A DNA stretch of 63,487 nt, the filler included, from Stramenopiles sp. TOSAG23-2 (lineage: Eukaryota), in NCBI GenBank assembly GCA_900128395.1. It is 20 parts of 20 records of this genome, joined end to end, with 100 filler letters (N's around TTAATTAATTAA, not from the genome) between each part and the next. Parts side by side here need not be neighbours in the genome. Positions count along the whole stretch, not along the records: positions 20,504 to 23,813 come from LT651269.1; positions 23,914 to 27,221 come from LT651270.1; positions 27,322 to 30,627 come from LT651271.1; positions 30,728 to 34,033 come from LT651272.1; 16 more parts are not named here. One strand, given 5' to 3'. The notes below the pieces were generated by a model, which saw nothing but the letters and a program-made list of their open reading frames with translations, was not told the origin of the DNA and did no database searches. A program made the position numbers and the translations under genes. Positions within the stretch are counted from its first letter, which is position 1. The number at the start of each line of letters is the position of its first letter. This document shows positions 21,769-31,200 of the stretch, piece after piece.

Positions 21769-23181
21769 CTAGAAAGTGCAGTCAAGAGTGAGAGCAGATT
21801 TTTTTTTTCCTCTATCGAAGATGGTATTTCTACCATCAGCGACACTAAAGGAGCCATGGACCAATGCGTCGACATTTTCCAAAAAAACATTTGGTGGGAC
21901 AATCAATGTACCTCCATCGTATAATGCAATATCAGCACCGACATGAATGGTGTTACTAACTTCATGTACACTTGAATACATTCCATTTTCTTGGAATTTA
22001 CTTGACATGGATTTAGATGAAGTTGGTATTGTATTCAAAGGAGTATTTTGTGTATATCCGCGTAAAATAAGTGTACGCTGATTTGTAATTTCCAACGTTC
22101 CTGTTTTATCCCCCAATAAATATCCAATATCCAAATGTGCATTTGAACCTCTTCCTAGTTTTAAAGGCTCAAAACCGACATGAGCATTATTCATTAACCG
22201 CAATTCAGTCATTAAAGTGGCAGCCAACGTCTTACTTGATGTATTTTCCTTGTTGACTAAAGATGTCTTTCCATCTGGGACAACTATTCGATTATTTGGA
22301 TGATTGTTTGATATTATTAATCTATCATTTACATCCCCACAATTTTCATAAATTGTACCTGGTGCCCTTTGTCCACTATGTCCTTCTTCAGTGGAGTCCC
22401 CACCATATGCTTCATACATTCCAGTAAATTCACATGGAAAAACATTGTTATAACAATTCGTTATTGGAGTGCGAAACAGGTGTTCCGTATTAAGCAACTC
22501 AGCATTATAATCCCACATTTGAATATCAATTCGACTATTTTTCCCACTTGGAAATTTCTTACTGCTTGTTTTAATGACAACGCCGTAATTATCGTTATTC
22601 AATCGCAAACCATAAACATAGTGACGGGAAATTTTCTTTATCAGAGATGGTGCAATATCGTCTTGTAACCATACATCATCACCATTGCTTTCTACTTCAT
22701 CTTTTGCCGGCATAAAACCAACACTAAATTCTTTATCCATGTATGACGATCGAAATTGAATGCCATTTACATTACTGGTTCTGTTAATAATGGTATCAAT
22801 TGATGCTGTATGTAAGCCTACAATACGATCAATGTTTCTTAACGCACTCTTGCCATATGTTACTTGTTTGGTTGTACCAGGAGTATTAAATTTATCCAGT
22901 AACCCGAGCGTCATGTCTTTAAAATTAGGAATGCATATGTTTATCCTTTCACCACATTTTCCATTATCTTTCCAACTGTTTTGGTTAGAACAATTTACAG
23001 CAATTCGACTAGCTCCACCAGCAATTCGACCAGCTCCACCACCACTTCTGCATTGTGATGTATGACAACCACCATTTGCTAACAAACTAGTACCACGCCT
23101 CTCTGACATAGTGTGGTCCATTCCACCTCTAGTACCACCATGTGAACCTCCTTCATAATGTTTACGACTTGATCCAGGTCC
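21769..23181 (-). CDS. Fragment or exon of a large Gly-rich extracellular beta-rich protein, possibly degenerate
   Basis: GGSHGGTRGG, SGGGAGRIA and APGTIY..RLIISNN motifs resemble Gly-rich repeats of giant protist surface proteins. A CTAAC branch point and AG acceptor sit just upstream, with a GTAAG donor near 23313. The 5' part of the listed ORF is intron-like. Confidence 0.5.
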   Translation of the reverse strand, partial: GPGSSRKHYEGGSHGGTRGGMDHTMSERRGTSLLANGGCHTSQCRSGGGAGRIAGGASRIAVNCSNQNSWKDNGKCGERINICIPNFKDMTLGLLDKFNTPGTTKQVTYGKSALRNIDRIVGLHTASIDTIINRTSNVNGIQFRSSYMDKEFSVGFMPAKDEVESNGDDVWLQDDIAPSLIKKISRHYVYGLRLNNDNYGVVIKTSSKKFPSGKNSRIDIQMWDYNAELLNTEHLFRTPITNCYNNVFPCEFTGMYEAYGGDSTEEGHSGQRAPGTIYENCGDVNDRLIISNNHPNNRIVVPDGKTSLVNKENTSSKTLAATLMTELRLMNNAHVGFEPLKLGRGSNAHLDIGYLLGDKTGTLEITNQRTLILRGYTQNTPLNTIPTSSKSMSSKFQENGMYSSVHEVSNTIHVGADIALYDGGTLIVPPNVFLENVDALVHGSFSVADGRNTIFDRGKKKSALTLDCTF

Positions 23182-23421
23182 TTGATATAAGTTAATATTG
23201 TTAGTTATTGGGTTTAATGAATAATAGAAGAAGAGTAGAAGATAATAAAGGTTTAGAAGATATATAAGAGCTTGTATTTTGGGGGGGAGTGTTTTTTTTT
23301 CTTTTTTTTTCTTACTACGTTTTGCATCTGCAAATTTATCAGCACAGCTAGACAATTTTCTTCTCTCAAAGAAAAATCTAGTCTAGCATTTTGTGCTACT
23401 AAATTTGCAAATGCTGCCATA

Positions 23422-23520
23422 ATTTTGTTTGTTTTGTTTGTTTTGTTTGTTTTGTTTGTTTTGTTTGTTTTGTTTGTTTTGTTTGTTTTGTTTGTTTTGT
23501 TTGTTTTGTTTGTCTTGTTT
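23422..23520. repeat. 9-bp tandem repeat (TTTTGTTTG)n
   Basis: About ten consecutive copies. Confidence 0.9.
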
Positions 23521-24598
23521 TTTTTGGTTCGTTTGTTGTTTCGTTTGTTTTGTTTTCTATCTTGCACTCTTCTTTCTATAGTCTATATATGCATATATAT
23601 CTTTCTACATATAGAATATTGAATAGTACGTGGTATGCACGTATGGTATATAATAATAATACTATCTGGTTAATTCAACTTTGAAGCTAGCATAGAAATA
23701 GTATTGTTTTCTGCACAAAAATTATGCAACCTATTAATTTCTGACTCCATTTCTGAATTAGTATGGACAGAGGTAGGGCTACGAGACATCAAAATTATAT
23801 AGGAACATTTGTANNNNNNNNNNNNNNNNNNNNNNNNNNNNNNNNNNNNNNNNNNNNTTAATTAATTAANNNNNNNNNNNNNNNNNNNNNNNNNNNNNNN
23901 NNNNNNNNNNNNNTCCATAGTAACAATACATTTTGCACCACGGTCTTTTTCATATCCAGCAAATGGACGTACACGGACAGCTACTTTTACACCTTCTTCT
24001 GCCATTCTGTATATTTATATTTTATTTATATATATATATATATTATTTATATAATTTCGATTGTTCCTTTTATTTATGTTGGATCTGTTTTAATTGCAAC
24101 AAAAGTTGGTGTTAATATATTTAAAAACAATAATTACAATAAAAGTTTAAATATGATGTTAAAAGATTTATATATATAATTTCGATTGTTCCTTTTATTT
24201 ATGTTGGATCTGTTTTAAAAGGAGGTTGTTATATCAATGGCATATGTATAATATGTGTTTAGATCTGAAATGATGTATACAGTATGTTTTAATATATAAA
24301 AAAGGGATATATATATATATGTTGTTCGTTACATCAAGGTCTACTTTACTCACATGGTGCCATGAATGTCTGTACCGATGTAGTGGTAAAACTGATCTCG
24401 TCTGATCGTATAATAATATTAAGGTATTAATACCACGAAACATCCATACAATATACCATATCAGGTATCAGGTATCAGGTTGTTTTATAAAAATATGATG
24501 AAATTATCTCCAGTTTATCAATTATTATCATATATGTACTGTATATATATATATACAAATGTTATATTAAGCATGCCAAAACAAAACAAAAAACAAAT

Positions 24599-26305
24599 AT
24601 GTTCCCAAACCATATAATAACAACAACAATGATAATAATAATAATACTGATATTATTAAGCCACATGACCATACAATTAGCATATGCTGAAATTCAACCA
24701 TCCAAAACATCAAATGGTAATGTGAATAAATGGATGGCAAATCCAACCGTAGTAGATGATCGATTATATTTATCCATTTTGCCAATTAAAAATACTAGTA
24801 TCAACAAATTAGATTACAAAATAGATGATTATATAGATAATTTTATCGATGCATTTGGATTAGATAATTATTTCAATGCAACAAAAGTTGGTGTTAATAT
24901 ATTTAAAAACAATAATTACAATAAAAGTTTAAATATGATGTTAAAAGATGAAATCTTGAATTCAATTAAAAAAGCATCAACTGTAGAAACAACAACAGCA
25001 AGGGCTATTTTTGAATCCGGGATAAGTATGGATATTATACGTACATCAAAAGATGAAGCTTGGTCATTTGATGTGGAAAATTTAATAACTTATATAAATG
25101 GTAGTACGAATGAAATAGATGAAGAAATTGAAAATAATAATAATAATAATAATACGAAGAAGTATTTCGAATTAATAGATTTAGTAGGTAGTGAAGAATC
25201 AATGTTGGATTGGTTGAAGTATATTTTATTTGATATAGAAAATGAAGATGATATATTACCATATGATTACAAAATAGTTCAACCAATAATAAAAGAAAAC
25301 TTTTACAAACCACAAAATCATAAAACGCCTCTTCTTATAATATATCATGCCAAACAATGTGAAGCAAAAAACAAACCATTATTAAAATATTTAGATTTCT
25401 TAAATAGTGAAGGGATTGGATTTGGAGTCATCTCGCTCCATGATGAAAGATATGGTGGTTGTCGAAGTCATTATCCCAGTTCTAGATTAGTTTTGATAAA
25501 TACAGGGCATCCAAAAGTTTTAACCCGTAGAAATTATAAACATGTACTTGAATTTCCTATTGGATATCAATCACATCAAAACGATACATCAGTTTTAGTG
25601 ATGAAAAGACCATCGCAAAAACAATATTTATACTCATTTGCTGGAAACATTCAAAAATTTCATCGTCATCTTATGTTAAAAGAAATGTTAAAAATAAATA
25701 CAACGAAATATAATATTAAAATCTATATGACATATGCATGGAATGATTTAACATCAATGAAAGAGATTGATTATCTCACAATGTTGCGTGATAGCATTTT
25801 TTGTCCCACTCCACTTGGAAATATCTACCCTAATCCTAACAATTCATATCAATTTGATGGGGCGAAAGGGTTACTTCCTGCATTTACGTTTAACATGCGC
25901 TTTTATGAAGCAATGGAAGCTGGATGTATACCAATAGTAGAAGATCTTACTTCAATTGTTCCTAATTTTAAACATTATTGGAATAAATTAGGTCTTGGTC
26001 GATATAATGTTAATATTAGTGGTAAATTTGACGAAGTGCCTTTTTTAGTGGCAAGTAATGATTGGGGAAATGTAATTGAAATCATGGAACCATTTTTATT
26101 AAATGCTACAAAATTAGAAAAATTGCAATTAGAGATGCTAAATTGGTGGAAGCAAATAAAGACTAACGTAAAGAGAAATATACGCAAACATATCTTGAAA
26201 TATCTGTGGAAACCATCACCAATGGAAGATGGAAGATATGGATTTAAATGTAGATATTTGAAAGATGCCATTGTTAAGACATATGCATGTTGTTTAGATT
26301 GCTAA
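24599..26305 (+). CDS. Exostosin/GT47-like glycosyltransferase (RXYLT1/TMEM5-like C-terminal domain), type II membrane or secreted
   Basis: N-terminal hydrophobic segment. YLYSFAG..R, YLTMLRDSIFCPTPLGN, RFYEAMEAGCIPIV, LEKLQ..MLNWW. Confidence 0.85.
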   Translation: MFPNHIITTTMIIIIILILLSHMTIQLAYAEIQPSKTSNGNVNKWMANPTVVDDRLYLSILPIKNTSINKLDYKIDDYIDNFIDAFGLDNYFNATKVGVNIFKNNNYNKSLNMMLKDEILNSIKKASTVETTTARAIFESGISMDIIRTSKDEAWSFDVENLITYINGSTNEIDEEIENNNNNNNTKKYFELIDLVGSEESMLDWLKYILFDIENEDDILPYDYKIVQPIIKENFYKPQNHKTPLLIIYHAKQCEAKNKPLLKYLDFLNSEGIGFGVISLHDERYGGCRSHYPSSRLVLINTGHPKVLTRRNYKHVLEFPIGYQSHQNDTSVLVMKRPSQKQYLYSFAGNIQKFHRHLMLKEMLKINTTKYNIKIYMTYAWNDLTSMKEIDYLTMLRDSIFCPTPLGNIYPNPNNSYQFDGAKGLLPAFTFNMRFYEAMEAGCIPIVEDLTSIVPNFKHYWNKLGLGRYNVNISGKFDEVPFLVASNDWGNVIEIMEPFLLNATKLEKLQLEMLNWWKQIKTNVKRNIRKHILKYLWKPSPMEDGRYGFKCRYLKDAIVKTYACCLDC

Positions 26306-26899
26306 ATAAATAATTTTCAATCAAACTAACTACGTAAAAAAGGTAAAAAGATGTGAGATATTAGATTATACGTTATTGCCTGTATTATATTTGCTGCAAA
26401 ACTAAAACCTATTTCTTTTGTAGTCAAAAGCACGGAAGAACTTTGAAAATTATAATTCTGAAATGTGACTTAAAAAAATCCTGCTCTCAAAAGAAAAATA
26501 ATGGATAAATAAGGATAAAAAAATATATATGATATAATTAGTGTAACTTGGTTATTATGAAAAATAAAATCGGATATTTGATAGTAGTCTATAAGGAGGA
26601 AAAATTTCTGAAATCATACTTTCAAATAGCACTTAGTATACAATTATATATACTTTTAATATATATTTTTAAAAAAAAGTATGTGAATGCTGCTGGGCAC
26701 CTGGAATGAACTCTCCGGAACTCCAGAACTCTACTACTAAGAAAATATTATTGCAAATTAGCTGCATTATACTGTGTCTTTTCATCGAACAAAAAAAAAA
26801 TGAAAAAAATGAAAATACATATATATAGAAGAAAGAGCAAACGGTCAGAACAGATACATGTATAGATACAAATACATGTCAAAATATTAAAAGCAAAAG

Positions 26900-27221
26900 A
26901 TGAAGTCCATCGTCAAACAATTTCTATCATATCGTTACCACCACCCACGTCGTTTATTTTCAACGAATGTAGTGACGGGCCACCCACGTCGTTTATTTTC
27001 AACAAATGAAGTGACGGGTTCATCTACTAGCGATGGTGAAGATAACAAAGCAAGTGATGATGATGATAATGTAAAAGAAGAAAATAGCGAGAAAGATAAA
27101 TACATGCGATCATTAGCTGAAGTCGATAATGTGCGTAATATTGCAAAACGCGATGTGCAAAATGCATTAACAAGACAACATCGTGTATCGTTTGAATTAG
27201 CAAATGTTATTGGTAGCAACA
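26900..27221 (+). CDS. Mitochondrial GrpE-like nucleotide exchange factor, 3'-partial and possibly degenerate
   Basis: Arg/Ser-rich presequence with RRLFST, then EKDKYMRSLAEVDNVRNIAKRDVQNA matching the GrpE helix consensus. Similarity appears to stop after QNA. Confidence 0.6.
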
Positions 27222-27321
27222 NNNNNNNNNNNNNNNNNNNNNNNNNNNNNNNNNNNNNNNNNNNNTTAATTAATTAANNNNNNNNNNNNNNNNNNNNNNN
27301 NNNNNNNNNNNNNNNNNNNNN

Positions 27322-28628
27322 AATGCAGTAGCTTTATTGATAACATCTTCGCTCACCCCTTCATCATCATCGTCGTCGTCACTATAATAATCTCCTTCAT
27401 CCTCTTCCTCTTCCTCTTCATCAATATATGTATCTTCTACCATCGTCACATCAACATCTGTAGATGCTACATGCTTTTCAATGTGTTCTTGTTTTCCAGA
27501 TTTCAATTTAACTTTTAATTCAAATTCTTCTTTTTCTTTCTTCATATTATCTACTGTCTCCTCGAAAAACGACGTAAGATTTTTAACATCTGCTGTGACA
27601 TCGATATCGATCTTGACACCAGATTTCCTCAATGCTGCATCTAAATGTTGTAAAGACTTTTCTGCTTCTTTCACTTGCTTTTCCAACATTGCACGTTTTT
27701 CTTTTGCTAATTTCAAATCTTCTTGATATTTAGCAAATGTACTAGATTCTTCATCTAATGTACTGGTATGCCTCTTTAACATAGCAGCACGTTTCGTATT
27801 TACCTTTTGCAATTGAGCATCAGCTTCTGCTTTCTTCTTTGCAATTTCATCCGTTTGATTTTTAGCTTTTTGAAACAATAAAGTTGCAGAGCTATGAGAT
27901 TTTAATAAATCTTCATGTTTATCTTGTAAATTACTTTGCGTTTGTGATAATTTAGCTGTTTCATTTTTCAGTTCTTCCAATTTTGCAGCTGCACTTGCTT
28001 TTCGACTTTGTTTCTCTGTTTGTGCTACAAGGCTATCCTCGATTTCTTGCTTTTTTTTCACAGCAAGGTCAATAGCACTTTGATGCGCTTCAAGTGCTTT
28101 TTCCCTTTCCTCTTTAAGCTTCAACGCAACTTCCGCATCCACTTTTGCTTGTTGTAAAGATTTTTCACTTTCTTCAAGTAACGCTGCACCTTTGTCTCTT
28201 AATTGGTTGATTAGACTATCACCATAAACAGCTGCTTCCCATGTCACACGGCTTGAATCTTGTAAAATTTTGACCCATTCATCTAATGCTGCTTTTGATT
28301 CAACACAAGCAACTAACGATCCAGAACCAAAACTTTTATGCGATATACGAAAAGCATGGTGACCAGGAGGTGGTGCAACTTTTGGAACAAATATTTCCAC
28401 CTTTGTCTCACCTAAAGGTAATATACCTTTTGGATGAATATCAAAGTGGGTTTTACCAGGCGCAGGCATTTTTTTATAATACATCATGTAACCATCTTTC
28501 ACGACAACATATCGTCTCTTCCATGATTTACCTTTTCCACTCCATGGTAATTTATATACTAAACCAGATTTTTGTACTTGAATATTTTCCGAATCATTTA
28601 ATACAATAGATGGCCTATCTTTTGACAT
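27322..28628 (-). CDS. PH-domain plus coiled-coil protein, PLEKHD1-like, 3'-partial
   Basis: KSGLVYK..WKRRYVVVKDGYMMYY, FDIHPKGILPLG, EWVKILQDSSRVTW closely follow the PLEKHD1 PH domain. Long coiled coil follows. Confidence 0.85.
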
Positions 28629-29511
28629 ATTTGACCAAAAAAAAATATACTAATGATAATAAAATCAATATAAAACTATTGTTAATATCTATTTGTAATT
28701 ATATATATATGTATATATGTATTTGTTAAAATTTTTATTGTTCAATATATATGATATATTCTCCACTATAACTATATATATATAAATGAGAATTATATTG
28801 ATGAGTGATTGATTTGTCCTCTACAATCATCTATCGGATCTATCTTTACTATCTATAAAATTCTATTATTATGACCAGAGAGGAGACGGTAGGTAAAACA
28901 AAAAACAAAAAAAAAAAAAGATAAGTTTAAAGAACAGAAAAACGAGTTAGCCTGGTTAGGCAATGCTGTGCCCATCGTAAATATATGCTAGCATAGGACT
29001 ACGCCTAAAACCAATAACATAGACACAAAGGGTGCTATTTTTCAATTTTGTGGCACAGATGAGATGAAAATATTATGTGTTTGATAGTAAAACAAGTTGG
29101 GTTTACACTAATAATTGTTGTACTACATTCATCCTCAGTAAACACATTTCCAAATTGCCAAATTGAAAAATAACACCCACTGTGTCTATGTTATTGGTTT
29201 TGGGCGTAAGCATATATTTACAATGGACACAGCATTGTCTACGATCCAATTTGCGGATGAGGAAACGTGATTAAAATGACCTATTGCAGTTGCTATTTTA
29301 GACCAACAATATAAATATAGGGACCAAGAAAAAAAAGAAAGGAAAATATATTCTAGATATATATACGAACACAACAAATCAATGCAATCGCACAATCATC
29401 GCAAAGATAAATAAGATCAACAATATAACAAGTAAAATTCATTGAAAATAGTTGCAAGAATCAACATAAAAGAACATATTATAACAAAATAAAATAGAAA
29501 GAAATTGAATT

Positions 29512-30627
29512 ATGGCAAGTTTAACGACGGAAAATATTGTAAGAAACTATTTAAAAGAAAAGGTTACGTCCAAAGATGAAATATTGGATATGTTATGTGA
29601 AAAAATGGATGATTTCGGTGTTGAATCCATTGATGATTTCAAAGATTTGGATGAAAAGGATATTGATGGACTTGGTTTGAAGAAAATTCATAAAAAGAAA
29701 ATGATGAAATTGGTTACGGGAGAAATTACCAACAATAACAACAACAACAATCAAACAACAACAACAGCACTAGCCTCCACAACTGCCAAATATGATTATT
29801 TCATATCACATGCACAAAAAGATGGTGGTATATTTGCGGAAGGTATATATTCATCCATGAAATATGAACAAAATAAAACATGTTGGTTAGATGTTAAAAT
29901 GAAAGAACGTGATGAATCTGCAATGGAAAATGGTGTTATCAATTCGAATATTTTTCTAATGATTGTTAGTGAAACCTATTTTACCAGACCATTTTGTATC
30001 AAAGAAATTGAATGGGCAGTACAATATAAAAAACCAATTGTAATTGTAATTGATGTTAATTTAAAAAATAAAATTGGTGAATTATTACAATTATGTCCAG
30101 ATCATTTACGTAAAATTGGTTCAATTAATTTTATTGATTTAAATCGTGGTGATAACGAATATTGGAAAGTAGGAATGAAAAAGATTGTATTTGCAATACC
30201 AAAAGTATTGGAAAATATTGATTTAGAAACTGGACGTAAATTAAAAGAAATGGAGAAACAATATCGTTTACCTGGTGATAAATTGTTTGAATCAAGTGAT
30301 TATCGTGATGCACTTAAATGTTATTTAAAATGGAAAGATGAATTAATATCATTTTATAATAATACGAAAAATGAAAGTAGTATTGAATTGATGGTCTGTA
30401 TGGTAAAATTAGGTGATACATATGAAAAAGCAGGTGAATATGATTTATCGATGAAATGTTTTAATACAATATTACCAACACAAATAAAAGAATTAGGAAT
30501 GGATAATGTTGATGTTGCGAAGACATATGTGTTAATGGGAAGAACATGTGAATTAAATGGTAAATATGACCAAGCAATGGAATATTGTATGAAAAGTTTA
30601 ACAATACGTTTGAAAGTATTGGATGAA
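29512..30627 (+). CDS. SAM-TIR-TPR protein, 3'-partial
   Basis: SAM-like DFGVESIDDFKDLDEKDIDGLGLKKIHKKKMM. TIR YDYFISHA..WLDVKM..AMENGV..YFTRPFCIKEIEWA. TPRs KLGDTYEKAGEYDLSMKCF and MGRTCELNGKYDQAMEYCMKSLTIR. Confidence 0.88.
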
Positions 30628-31200
30628 NNNNNNNNNNNNNNNNNNNNNNNNNNNNNNNNNNNNNNNNNNNNTTAATTAATTAANNNNNNNNNNNNNNNNN
30701 NNNNNNNNNNNNNNNNNNNNNNNNNNNGAGCTTTACTATAGTAGGATAACATATTATTCTTGCGATTGAGTATTGAGCATATATTACTTAACACGGGAAG
30801 TGAAAAAATATTATTATATCTCATAACTTAGATTTTAACCATCATTTTTATATATAATGTGCATTATATATATATATTCATTTTTATTGACTCATCTCCC
30901 AGCTATCATCCCCAAACGATGATGCATATAGAAGATAATATTCAAAATGGCAAATACCACTCTAGAAGTCATTTGCAAGTCAATGATGGTAGTGAAGTCA
31001 AGGTGGAGGTATAAAAAAATGGGGTGTCCCTTATTTTTTATTATTTGCCAGTGTAGTAGTGTTAATGATATGTATATTACGGCTCGTATTAGATTTTAAC
31101 CAACATGTTTTATATACACACACGGTATATAGCGATTATTTAACACGAGAAGTTCGTATTATTTAACTTTAGATATTAACCATCATTTTTATATTCATTT

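Noticed and set aside
23253-23622. ORFs with KTN or LFV repeats
   Set aside because: They are translations of the 9-bp TTTTGTTTG microsatellite.
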